From the IMG/VR virus record IMGVR_UViG_2534681605_000002, positions 1,093 through 65,092 of that record: a DNA stretch of 64,000 nt; one strand, 5' to 3'. Positions 49,501 through 57,808 of this stretch are shown here, piece after piece. Source of the DNA: a virus. The notes under the pieces are model-generated. The model ran no database searches. It was not told the origin of the DNA and was given only the letters and a program-made list of their open reading frames with translations. A program made the position numbers and the translations under genes. The first letter of the stretch is position 1, and the number at the start of each line of letters is the position of its first letter.

Positions 49501-52500
49501 TCGTTCCCGTCCCAATAGAGGTTCTCAGCCGGTACACGTTCTTCCATCATCCGGTAGTCCCCCTCCAAGGCGTGGTTGCCGTGCTGCCGGGCATAGGCTT
49601 CGGAGAGTGTCACCCAGTCACCGTTCCGGACGCTTCCCTCTTTGAGTGACTTGGGCACCGCCCGGTAGATGGTGACCATCGGCTTTTCTCCTTTATCTAT
49701 GGCGTCCAACGCCTCGCTGATAGCCGCTATGCTCTCTTCCCGGTTCTTGTCCCGGTTCATGCGGAACTGTTCGTCCAGACTGTCGCGGATGTTGTCTTTG
49801 TTCTGAGCCACGTCGACCATACTCTTGTCGATGCCCTCTTCATCGTAGGAGGGGGCACGGTGCGCCATTCTGAACTCATCCGTCGACAAATAGCCTTTGC
49901 GCCGGGCGGCTTCGTTCACGAGGTCGCGCATGCGGCTCTCGTCTTGGGCTTCGACGGCTTCAAGGTAGGCGCGATCCAACGCTTCGCTCGACATCAGTTC
50001 AAACTCTTCCAGTCGTTTTCTTTCTGCTGCGGCAGCCTCCTCTTCCCGTTTGCGGGCGGCTTCCATGGCGTTGCGCTCATCCTGCGCCTGCTTGACATAG
50101 CTGTCGCGCAGTTCGTCGACATTGCCGAACTTGTCGAACAGCTCCGCCTTGACCGGGGAGAAGACCTTGACAAATTCACCCAAAGATAGCTGGTCGTTTG
50201 CCAAGCGGATGCTTCTCTTGATGCTTTTGAACGCATAGCTGGCTCCGCCCAGATTACCTGCTTTCATGGACTCTGCGTACTTCTTTACGTCTGCCTCTTC
50301 CAGTTGATGCTTCTGTGCGAACGAGGAAACATCGCTCTCCTTTGCCGTGCGAAAACGCAGGTTGTCATTGTTTTCAGCTTCCCGTTTGTCAAGTTCCTGT
50401 TGCGCCTTATTGCTATCTGTCTTTACACTCTTATATTCTGCAAACGCTTTTGTCTTGCGGTGGCTGCTACCTATCCATTTCTCGAAATCCTCCAAGTTTA
50501 CGGGGGTTACCACCGTCTTGTGCTTCTTCGCCCAATCTTTGTCATAGTTGGCGAAATAAGCCGTCTCGGCATCGGCCGCCTCATTGAAGCCAAGCATTAC
50601 CTTATGCTCGTCAAAGCTGCCGTCCTCGTTGTATTGATCCACCACAAACGCTTTTCGACCGTTCCACCCATCAATATCATCAGATAGGAACACATCTATA
50701 TGGTCGCCGTCCACGCCCTCCGTACCACGAATGTAGCCGTAGGTGTTCTGCATGGTCGTTTCCCACTTCTTACCATTAGCATCCACGCCACTACGAACAG
50801 AACCTTTCGGTTGCTCGATGCTAATATCAAATGTACCTACACGCACATGCCCTTTCTTGTAATTGCCGGCTTCCTTCTGGGCTTCGGTAGGATTTATATC
50901 GGTATTTGCTTCGGCATCTGCAATTTTTTCGCTTAACCCACTGTTATTACGAGATAAATCACTATCTTTGTCGGTAGAAGACAAGTCAGACGGAAGAGTG
51001 GAAAGGCTTGCCGCCGCCTCTTTAGAGGCCAGTATGAGGAGTTCGCCGCCCTCACGTTTGGCTTGTCTTTTTATTCTGTCAAGATTCCTATTATCCAGAG
51101 TGTACCACCCTACAATTTCCACATTATCCTTGTTGCTGTTTACTTCAAGAACAACTATCGGACTTTTATCATCCAACTTTATTACAATCCAGTGGTTCTT
51201 TTTGGTATTCGGCTGCGACTGTCCTACAATGTCAGGATTATATAAAGCTCTCTCCAATATATCCCTACTTGATTGAGGAGTAAAGGCATGAGCCTTGCCG
51301 TTCTTATCGAATATGTTCTTCTTTATAATAACACGCTTTCCGTCAGCTCCGATTGCATCAGACACATTCTTTGGAACAACGGGCAACCCTATAGTGCGAT
51401 AAGGAGATGTAAAGTCTTCATCTGTTATATCCGATACACTACTTACATCCTCGATAATAAGATTACCTTCGGAGTCTATAGGATTACCCTGCCTATCTAT
51501 TTCTCCGGGTGCGCTTTCTTGTGCAACTCCATTCGCGCGATCAACACCGGGGCCAGCCGGTTCTCCTGCTTCAATTTCTTCACTTCGCCCGGTCTGAGCA
51601 GATTGTTCTCCTTGCAGTATCTCGCTGCCTCCTTCGCGTAAGACATCGCCTCCGCTTTCGTCATTTCCTTCAGTGTTTTCATCTTTTTCTGTTCTATTTT
51701 GTGCCAATATAGCATCTATTTCTTCCAGTTCCTCCTGGATTGCCTGAATTTCGTCAGCCATCTGAGAATCCAACTCAAATTGTTCTTCATCAGTAAGCAG
51801 ATTTTCTTTAAAATCACGAACAACCGCATCTTCGTATGCCTCATAATCTTCAGGCGAAAGGTGATAATTTTCCTCGCACCAGCGAGCATATTCGTTATAT
51901 TCTGCCTGCCGTATCTCCTCGGCTTTCGCTTCGCGGCGGTTCTTGATGTAGTTGATCAGATCGCCACGGGTACGCGCAGTCGAGAGCACCTCAATAATAG
52001 CATTACGACCGGCATTCGGATCATTCTGGTCAAAGAAATTAGAACCGTTCTCCAAATCCGCTTGCATCAGGATTTCGCCGGCACGCTCTATCGATACACC
52101 ACCTTTATCTTTCCCGGCAAACAATCCAAACAGCGAACGGGATTCAGATATACGCCCTCCGGTTTCACGTCGATAATCATCCTGCAGCAACTTTATAGAA
52201 CCATTGGCCAGCATTTGCGCAGCCAGTTCTTCCCCGCTTTGTGGTGCAGTATTACGCATTAAATTAATAGCAGCTTCTTCACCCGGTTTCACACGGGCAT
52301 CCTGCAATTTTGATTTAATATCTTCCCAATAGCTCTTTTCCTGTTCGATAGGCTTCCGCCCTTCTTCCCACTCTTTTTTTCTGGCTTTATAACCGTCTAT
52401 ATCAAGCTCCATCACAGGAGCCTTTTTGCCCGACTCGGTTAAACGCCTTTCTGCATCAGAAATATGATTATTTACAAACTGGTCCACTTCTTCAAGTGTC

Positions 52501-54764
52501 AGGGAACCGTCAAGAAGAGCATCTAAAGTATCACTAATTTCTGCCTGATGATAAATAGGATTACCAGCCTCGTCCATGGGAATAGATGATTCTGGAGTAT
52601 TTGACTCTTGGTTAATCGGAATTTCCGTCTGGGATGCTGGTAAAATAACATTTTCTTCGGCAGAACTATCCACATCTGGCGTGACAGTCCGGTAAAACGC
52701 TTCCAGATCTGCCAATTCCTGTTTTTTTACACGTATTTCATCCCGCAACGATGCACGTTCCCCACCCGATGCTTTCTCAATCCGGGATTCTGACTTGGAT
52801 ATTTCACTTCGTTTATTCTCTATATCCGCACGCAAATCTTCAAGAGCCGTCTGAGGAGATTCGGAAAGGGACGTATATTCATATTGCTGCTGTGGAGTCA
52901 TGGCCTTATAGTCGATCGTCCCGTCATTTCGTTTGGGCAACGATGCGACAACACTCTCCAACGTCTTTTCCGGCACATTTTCTAACACTCTGCTGTCTCC
53001 ATCCGTTGAAGAATCCTCATTTTGGGTTTGATTTTTTGACATATTGTCAATAATAGAATCCAACCCTATTTCTTCCGTCATGCCATCAACTTCAACGATA
53101 ACACCTCCATCATCGCTCATCTGCTGCACTATCCCTTGACGACCGTCCACCAAATTCACCAAATCGCCAGGATTAAACATCACCGGCTGCATATCTGCTG
53201 CTTCGGACTCCATCTCTTCTTGTGCAATCACTTCGCCGGGGACTGTGTTTATGATATCGGCATATAATTGCTCAACTGGATACTGTTCGATCAAACTATC
53301 GAACATTTCAGGTCGTCCTTGCTGGACTTTGCCATTTTCATCAAGATAATACAAAATATCATCCGACTGTTTTGCATCCACCAATCCTTCTTCGTCAAAA
53401 ACAATATTACCGCCTGTTATATAAACCGGCTGGTCTGAAGAAGGAAATTTGACTGTAACAACTTGCCCCATGTCTTTATTGGCCGTTCGGCCAATATCAT
53501 CCATACGGCGTCTTGTTTCTTCGTCAATACGCGACTGCACATAGTCTACATATCCGTTATAATTCAGCAGACTGATTGTATACTTTCGTATATCTGCAAG
53601 ATCCTCACTACTCAATCCTTTAACAGAGGCAACTTTATCGACAAAATCCTGTACAGATCCAAGAGACTGTGAATGCTTAAGTACTACTTCGTTAAATTTA
53701 TCCATATCTTCTCCCAAAATACGCTTTGCAGTTTCAGAAGAAGCCTTGTAGTTATTTGTTATGTTTTTCTTTCGCTTAGAGTCATAGAGCTTCGATCCGC
53801 CAATCACAGGAACAAACTGCGCCCCTCCCATTGATCCCGTCACACCGGCATCAAGCATTGTTTCAAATATATTGTCAGTGCGTTCTACCCCCGTCTTCTT
53901 ATCAATGAGATATTCGGCCAATGCGTTGGCCATCTCTTCCATTCCTTCCGAGGCAATTGGAGCAGTAATCCAATGTTTACTTTCGAACGCAGCCATTTTA
54001 TCAAGAAAATTCTTCTTTATCACATTAGCTGCTGCTACTCGTCCGTTCTTTTTCAATAGATTTCCGATCGTTTTCCCAATCATTCCGGCACCAAGGACCT
54101 CTGTTAGCGATTCAGATGCACCGCTACCAATTGCATTGATCCATTTATTCACCTCGCTCAACTCTGGATTTTGCGCACCCAGCTCATCATATTTGTCTGA
54201 CGCAGTTATGGCTCCGGCTCCAATAAGCCCAGGAGCCATTCCACCTGTCAAAGCAGTAGAGCCAGCAATAGCAAGACTTGTAGGTGCGGACTCTGTTGCA
54301 CTCAACAGCGCAGATCCCATAGCCCCAGAGTAATCACCATCGCTCCACAAAGAAGAAAATCCTTTTCCTTTATAACGATCAGACGCTTTATGTAGTTTAT
54401 CAGCCCATTCATTGAGCTTTTCCGCCTCTGCACCAAATGTTCCGCTTCTTGGAATACCTATCTTTTCGAGAGCTTTCGTTCCCTTGTCCATCAAATTAAG
54501 AGTACTCCCGGCCAAATGACCAAGCCCAGAGGCAAATCTTTCACCTAAATCACCAACAAAACTACCCGTATCCCGCATCTCATCTATGGAGATATCCGGC
54601 TCTGGATGTTGCTGCATGAATATATCATATTGTGATGCCTTGACACGATACGGCTTATCCGGCCTCTCAATTACTGTCACAGCATCTGGATATTCCGATG
54701 CAAAATCAGGTATATATTCTGGGGAGACATCATACTTAACCCCCTTGTTTTCAAAAATAGGCAT
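43548..54764 (-). CDS. Giant polyvalent (ejected/internal virion) protein, 3738 aa
   Basis: Modules recognised by eye: PBECR-like, inorganic-pyrophosphatase-like (EAQKEAGNYKKGH, DGDHIDVF), ART-like (IYRAVP, GDWVT), LPD23-like with HEIQH, LPD3-like, MuF-C-like, HEVVAH metallopeptidase, LPD38-like C-terminus. Confidence 0.85.
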   Translation of the reverse strand: MPIFENKGVKYDVSPEYIPDFASEYPDAVTVIERPDKPYRVKASQYDIFMQQHPEPDISIDEMRDTGSFVGDLGERFASGLGHLAGSTLNLMDKGTKALEKIGIPRSGTFGAEAEKLNEWADKLHKASDRYKGKGFSSLWSDGDYSGAMGSALLSATESAPTSLAIAGSTALTGGMAPGLIGAGAITASDKYDELGAQNPELSEVNKWINAIGSGASESLTEVLGAGMIGKTIGNLLKKNGRVAAANVIKKNFLDKMAAFESKHWITAPIASEGMEEMANALAEYLIDKKTGVERTDNIFETMLDAGVTGSMGGAQFVPVIGGSKLYDSKRKKNITNNYKASSETAKRILGEDMDKFNEVVLKHSQSLGSVQDFVDKVASVKGLSSEDLADIRKYTISLLNYNGYVDYVQSRIDEETRRRMDDIGRTANKDMGQVVTVKFPSSDQPVYITGGNIVFDEEGLVDAKQSDDILYYLDENGKVQQGRPEMFDSLIEQYPVEQLYADIINTVPGEVIAQEEMESEAADMQPVMFNPGDLVNLVDGRQGIVQQMSDDGGVIVEVDGMTEEIGLDSIIDNMSKNQTQNEDSSTDGDSRVLENVPEKTLESVVASLPKRNDGTIDYKAMTPQQQYEYTSLSESPQTALEDLRADIENKRSEISKSESRIEKASGGERASLRDEIRVKKQELADLEAFYRTVTPDVDSSAEENVILPASQTEIPINQESNTPESSIPMDEAGNPIYHQAEISDTLDALLDGSLTLEEVDQFVNNHISDAERRLTESGKKAPVMELDIDGYKARKKEWEEGRKPIEQEKSYWEDIKSKLQDARVKPGEEAAINLMRNTAPQSGEELAAQMLANGSIKLLQDDYRRETGGRISESRSLFGLFAGKDKGGVSIERAGEILMQADLENGSNFFDQNDPNAGRNAIIEVLSTARTRGDLINYIKNRREAKAEEIRQAEYNEYARWCEENYHLSPEDYEAYEDAVVRDFKENLLTDEEQFELDSQMADEIQAIQEELEEIDAILAQNRTEKDENTEGNDESGGDVLREGGSEILQGEQSAQTGRSEEIEAGEPAGPGVDRANGVAQESAPGEIDRQGNPIDSEGNLIIEDVSSVSDITDEDFTSPYRTIGLPVVPKNVSDAIGADGKRVIIKKNIFDKNGKAHAFTPQSSRDILERALYNPDIVGQSQPNTKKNHWIVIKLDDKSPIVVLEVNSNKDNVEIVGWYTLDNRNLDRIKRQAKREGGELLILASKEAAASLSTLPSDLSSTDKDSDLSRNNSGLSEKIADAEANTDINPTEAQKEAGNYKKGHVRVGTFDISIEQPKGSVRSGVDANGKKWETTMQNTYGYIRGTEGVDGDHIDVFLSDDIDGWNGRKAFVVDQYNEDGSFDEHKVMLGFNEAADAETAYFANYDKDWAKKHKTVVTPVNLEDFEKWIGSSHRKTKAFAEYKSVKTDSNKAQQELDKREAENNDNLRFRTAKESDVSSFAQKHQLEEADVKKYAESMKAGNLGGASYAFKSIKRSIRLANDQLSLGEFVKVFSPVKAELFDKFGNVDELRDSYVKQAQDERNAMEAARKREEEAAAAERKRLEEFELMSSEALDRAYLEAVEAQDESRMRDLVNEAARRKGYLSTDEFRMAHRAPSYDEEGIDKSMVDVAQNKDNIRDSLDEQFRMNRDKNREESIAAISEALDAIDKGEKPMVTIYRAVPKSLKEGSVRNGDWVTLSEAYARQHGNHALEGDYRMMEERVPAENLYWDGNDINEWGYDDKSDYLYKDTRNNRKLNDLVTRDDKGNIIPLSQRFNARKSDPRFRFIGEQGAARLDAAEEATTRLDNLNVAREMESAFNEKKQRIEKLRKSEPVEITGREIEPSDDLKQYKKNALEYGKRLRGEYTNKDTGETVMVGKNAIKEVLNHDYKNAEQLQSVAAIPQIIENAVYIESQANTDDKVDAEKFDYYVCGMKIGGEDYTVRAVIVKPKEGTRYYDHKLSKIEKGKLLDSLIGITTPGFNQTTSLNSDIKDTKLLSILQVNGRENARKIKLATGWERGVDGKWRYETPDFEYAPPENFEEGKNYSLSEILKDDELFAAYPRLKELKFRLESHPDEYGSGWFGSNEIVINTAHNRPWLYESTTAHEIQHAIQSYEGFEAGDHPEAVIDRYLDTQYKIDTADLNTLNTAAFIRKRAEKLIKRGKYKYMRWAVRSAMGPLYGRNNMYSDYGPIETLAVYHTSKELRDAYEKGHREGKSHLTGILSKKDAENIYMRNAGETEARNVSRRLSMTPEERRRTLAEETEDVAREDQLFLDDALGKPASYAPASGNIEEVNERFNEDLQRQIDGSLPKGHVYKLGNPSRFLQAAGFPYLPIELRADKLATKASEKYKSNHPFNLTSVENLPQAIANPIAVFDSKTRIDAKVVLTELESNGDNFVVAIQVNRKVGNIEINSVRSIYPKDYVKDIYSWINDGLLKWVDKKKATDFISNSSTPANVDDKNSSFSSATKIVESFVNPTLDEGKISSAVDELASGLHIPIHIIRDVNDITDDNKDTQRKKRGSKGWYDMETGEVYLVLPNAESIADAQATILHEVVAHKGLRGLLGEKFDDMMDSVYRNLPEDVRRKVTRAGLSRYGGDFRIATEEYLASVAENGVSEPSIWQKIKSAIRGFFRSLGIDLRMRDEDIAYMLWKSKNRLEKGDSLVTIIHKVAKDGNMRDTLLFRDPLVSSGTMLATSAEERRSMVRAIRSVIEGLKSASPSSRKFYQRFREGYQDRMIALREFQKEVEKETGHKIRDFENAYVYENTAQSKSQYDVEKFKETEFKKLVDEVSRLSTVDGHFDAQRNRDVENYMMIKHGLERNKKMREDELEKYRRRKEDKLERVKKEMEDYFTEKEKSGNYSSKQLENMRKTVDKRIEERENETSDLIEKKRMSLELKDFSGLTALSKEIFDSDMMEEQKLKDWAEKYENSHSTNGLWKAVEAATQATLEKMYQTNLIGREERDNLQNMYEYYIPLKEWDETTAGDLFDYFDADKDIVSNPIKKARGRKSRAGAVLANIAHDYESATMMGYKNLTKLRFANLVRNSKTKAAAVSNQWYVKSGVDAEGNPMWEAVSAEGLVEDPAENAKIINDFEEKMKDLREKGEAKTRREVLTLGVPVKDWQEKQHTVRVKEGGRDLLVYINGDPRVSQAINGLNNQNLNNSVLKALNRIRQFMMLNYTSRSVNFIIRNFVRDLFYTNTMNFVRYGAGFEGRYLKNIIPAIRCIARVSFGFEEKGAKAKQMRSSYETFLKGGGRTGFVAVMGYEKYKREVDRMVRKSAGGRLQVKDVFNMLGGYFETVNSIIENTSRFATYLAAKETGMSELQSISAAKEASVNFNRRGSGAMGAVCAQNFYFFFNAAVQGSHNFLGAAKANPGRASAAIAMWATLGFAYCMLTDLLLGDNDEYNEIPDYVRQNNVIIPVGEGKYVLLPLSVELRALYGLGDMSAQYLRGEYKGRSFTADVTGRMMTLLPFSFEAEGSDNWLETAIRVFTPDMFTPITDAYLWNQNFFGKRITGRNEFNKYVPEYHKVTTGTSKAIIKASERLNSLSGGDYASKGKLDYALLNPSAVEYLFEQYLGGVGKAIAQCYKTVEGAVTGDVQLRNIPVVSGLTYDTENMVPRNYTNERYNHYVKEYEEMQSRDRMYRKGLEGGKDLSGNYKSFANSRAYRRYQTTGFYKKAIESMYDMARLMDGEEKKALYEQARKTKEMMINELDKIGDE

Positions 54765-54768
54765 AACT

Positions 54769-55869
54769 TTATTTGCTTTTCGGTTTATACTTAATCACTT
54801 CTTGTTCCGGACTGAAATCAACAACCTCTTTTCCATTCAAGTATTCAGGAGGACGATACGGCCCGCTATACTCCTGTTTTGGTAAAAATCGCTGTAAATA
54901 TTCATAAACGGTCTGCTGTGTATCTTTCGGCTCATATGCCCCGTTTATAATCGACTCCAATTCATCCTGTAACTCTGGAAAATCCTTTATCTTCCTTTTC
55001 ACAATAGATAGCATCTTAGTTGACTGATCTCCACCTTCACCCATTTGCATTTTTATGTCGTCAACTGTACGCCTGTCGTTAGGATTAGAAGCTATTATTT
55101 CCTGCATCCTATTGTATAAATACCCAGCTACCGCGGTTGCTTCGTCTTTAGGTATCACTGTTTTTCGCCCATTCTGGCCAATCAAATAATCGAACTTATC
55201 TTTTCCATTCTGACTTGCCGCAATCCTCTGCTGCTGGAGTTTTAGCATCGCTTCTCTATATTCGGCAGTCTTTTTATTCTCCTCCGCCCGCAATCGAGCA
55301 TTTTCAGCATCTTTCTGTATCTGCCTGTTTATATCCGCCAGTTTAATCTTTGTATTAGTATCAAACTTATGCTTCTCCCAATCGGCATTAGCTTTTGCAA
55401 CAGAAGCGGCCCTTTCATTTTGATAATCCTGTAAGCGGGCATTAAGAAGAGCATTATCGAATCGGACGCTATCTGCCCGCTGAAGGTCTTTCAGTCTTTG
55501 CAATCTTGCGTCAGCTATGCTTGTGTTCGATTGAGGCTGGTCAAATATCCTACGACCGGCTACACCAGTCGCAAGATTGACACCTAACCCCAATATATCC
55601 GATAACATCCCAAGTTTTTTCTGCCGTTCCGCTTCTGCGACCTCTTTTTCATACGAGCGCGGCCTGCCGTACTGACTTACGATATCATATATAGTTTGAG
55701 GCTGAATGGTTGTATGTGATACCGGTTCCACCTCTACTTTATCTGGATATTCCGGTCGAGGAACATTTAACGAAGAACCGGACAACATAGGCGTATCTTC
55801 AGCAGGAGCCGGAGTAAACGTGCCGTCCGGCTTTTGTCTTGCTTTTAGCTTTTCGAATAATAATCCCAT
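54769..55869 (-). CDS. Probable ejection (internal virion) protein
   Basis: Helical/coiled, short hydrophobic segment, upstream of the giant gene. Confidence 0.65.
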   Translation of the reverse strand: MGLLFEKLKARQKPDGTFTPAPAEDTPMLSGSSLNVPRPEYPDKVEVEPVSHTTIQPQTIYDIVSQYGRPRSYEKEVAEAERQKKLGMLSDILGLGVNLATGVAGRRIFDQPQSNTSIADARLQRLKDLQRADSVRFDNALLNARLQDYQNERAASVAKANADWEKHKFDTNTKIKLADINRQIQKDAENARLRAEENKKTAEYREAMLKLQQQRIAASQNGKDKFDYLIGQNGRKTVIPKDEATAVAGYLYNRMQEIIASNPNDRRTVDDIKMQMGEGGDQSTKMLSIVKRKIKDFPELQDELESIINGAYEPKDTQQTVYEYLQRFLPKQEYSGPYRPPEYLNGKEVVDFSPEQEVIKYKPKSK

Positions 55870-55877
55870 ATCAATCC

Positions 55878-56432
55878 TTATTTATTCCACACACTACCCA
55901 GTCTATCTACCATCTTACCCGCTAACTTGGAGTTTCCAAGCAGGCTACCAGCAGTCTGCAAAGCACCACCAGCCATACCGGCATAACCTCTTTCCGACAT
56001 GGCTGATTGGCCAAGACGAGCCTGATCAAGTGCATTCTGCTGATTTAGGTACAGGGATTTTACATTGTTCTTATACGCATCGGCATTTGCCTGAATGCCG
56101 GACGCGGCATCAGCAATAATTTCATTGTTCGCCTGCTTTTGTGCAACGACAGCTTCCGGGGTTGCGCCTGTTACAGCCGCCGAAGCTGCAGCAGTTTGGT
56201 TGCTTTTTCTCATCGTATCCCTTACCCGCTTCATGGCCGCCTGTACATCCGATCGATCCATATAATTCTGGTAATATTCGCTATTGAAGAAATCTTCATT
56301 TCGCTGTTTAGCTTCGCGGATGATCCGATCCTGACGCTTTCTTTCTTTAGCCGCCTTGATACCTCCAAACATTGAATTTGCAAGCCCTAAGCCGCCTCCT
56401 ATTAATCCCAACATATCAATACTTTTTTCCAC
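55878..56432 (-). CDS. Probable ejection/pilot protein
   Basis: MLGLIGGGLGLANSMFGG glycine-rich N-terminus; Ala/Gln-rich. Confidence 0.7.
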   Translation of the reverse strand: MEKSIDMLGLIGGGLGLANSMFGGIKAAKERKRQDRIIREAKQRNEDFFNSEYYQNYMDRSDVQAAMKRVRDTMRKSNQTAAASAAVTGATPEAVVAQKQANNEIIADAASGIQANADAYKNNVKSLYLNQQNALDQARLGQSAMSERGYAGMAGGALQTAGSLLGNSKLAGKMVDRLGSVWNK

Positions 56433-56549
56433 AAATGTAAGATTACAGGACCACTACGCACATGTTAAATTGATACTTTAATTAAATACACATATATTAT
56501 TGTTTCATACATTGTTATATTTGCAATAAAAACTATTTACAAACTATAT

Positions 56550-56849
56550 ATGGCAAGACCGAAAGGAGCACCGAAAGTCGGGGGAAGAGTAAAAGGAACA
56601 CCAAATAAGATTAAGTTGGAAATCCGCATGAAGATGTCAGATTTTATCATTGACCATTTCAACGACTTCGTCAAGTATTGGGAAGAACTACCGAAGGATT
56701 CCCCTGCTAAATTTAGCACATATATCAATGTGCTAAAGTATGTATTGCCTCCTATAGCAGCCGAACCCTTAAGTGAGGAAGGAACAGAGTCGACTGCAGC
56801 AAGTGCAATATCAAAGAGTATCGAAGATTTAAAGAACGCATCAAAATAA
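56550..56849 (+). CDS. terS: Terminase small subunit-like protein
   Basis: MARPKG.PK.GGR.KGTPNK motif; TATATTTG at 56516-56523. Confidence 0.7.
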   Translation: MARPKGAPKVGGRVKGTPNKIKLEIRMKMSDFIIDHFNDFVKYWEELPKDSPAKFSTYINVLKYVLPPIAAEPLSEEGTESTAASAISKSIEDLKNASK

Positions 56850-56857
56850 GATACAGT

Positions 56858-57280
56858 ATGACAACAGTAATCAACATCAACAGAGCCTTGATATTCGAGG
56901 GTATCTCCAAAATAACCGGCTTTATAGGCAAAAACGTTGAAAACGGACTGGATCGCATTGCGGTGACGGAAGACGAAAGAAATATCATCGACGACCTCAT
57001 TAGAAGTTCGATCATATCCATGACTGCTTTCGTTTCAGCGTATCATCCTGTTTTAAATGACAACGGAATAACCATTGAGACACCTTCGAATTTTGACAGG
57101 GCCGCATCCGAAGCGTTACAATCGGAAATGGAAACGTATATCATCAATCAATCATGCTGCAACTGGTTCCATATCGCAAGAGAAGAAAACGATGCGGGAA
57201 AATACAGCGAATATGCAAAAAACAATATCCTCAATATTAACCTACTCCTTTCGAGGAGAACAAGACCTCAAAGAATATGA
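56858..57280 (+). CDS. Head-completion-like protein
   Basis: Similar architecture to the next ORF. Confidence 0.55.
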   Translation: MTTVININRALIFEGISKITGFIGKNVENGLDRIAVTEDERNIIDDLIRSSIISMTAFVSAYHPVLNDNGITIETPSNFDRAASEALQSEMETYIINQSCCNWFHIAREENDAGKYSEYAKNNILNINLLLSRRTRPQRI

Positions 57281-57750
57281 CTGTTCAATTTGAAATAACA
57301 AAAAAAGATGTGCTTCTGCAGGTCAAAACAGAAGCCTTTGTAACAGGTGAAGCAAACAAGGACGGCGAGCTCTCCCGTATCAACCATGCAACAAAAACAC
57401 AGGCAAGCGACGATGACGATGATATTCTTAATGAGTATATCAATACGGCAGCATCAGCTATTACCGATTTGCTGTCCGGCCATCTTTCGCCATCACCGCC
57501 TGCAGATCAAAAAGAAAAGTTTATCTTCACATGCCAAATGCCTGATTCGTACGATACAAATCAGAACTGGGCTATCACAAACGGCATCAAAGATTATATG
57601 TCGGCCTATACTCTATACAAATGGTATAAAAGGGTGGCTCCAGACATGGCAGATGCAAGTGAATTAGAAATTATCAGGTCTGATATCAATCATAGGATAA
57701 ACCAAAGAAGAAAACCCGTCAGACGGCCTGTTCTTCCTCTCAACTTTTAA
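57277..57750 (+). CDS. Head-completion-like protein
   Basis: MPDSYD...IKDYMSAYTLYKWY. Confidence 0.55.
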   Translation: MTVQFEITKKDVLLQVKTEAFVTGEANKDGELSRINHATKTQASDDDDDILNEYINTAASAITDLLSGHLSPSPPADQKEKFIFTCQMPDSYDTNQNWAITNGIKDYMSAYTLYKWYKRVAPDMADASELEIIRSDINHRINQRRKPVRRPVLPLNF

Positions 57751-57754
57751 AAGA

Positions 57755-57787
57755 GACAACCGCTAACTCTAAAACTTAGCGGTTGTC
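57755..57787. terminator. Palindromic hairpin between convergent genes
   Basis: GACAACCGCTAA-CTCTAAAAC-TTAGCGGTTGTC. Confidence 0.75.
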
Positions 57788-57808
57788 CACATTATACGCA
57801 ATACCGGC

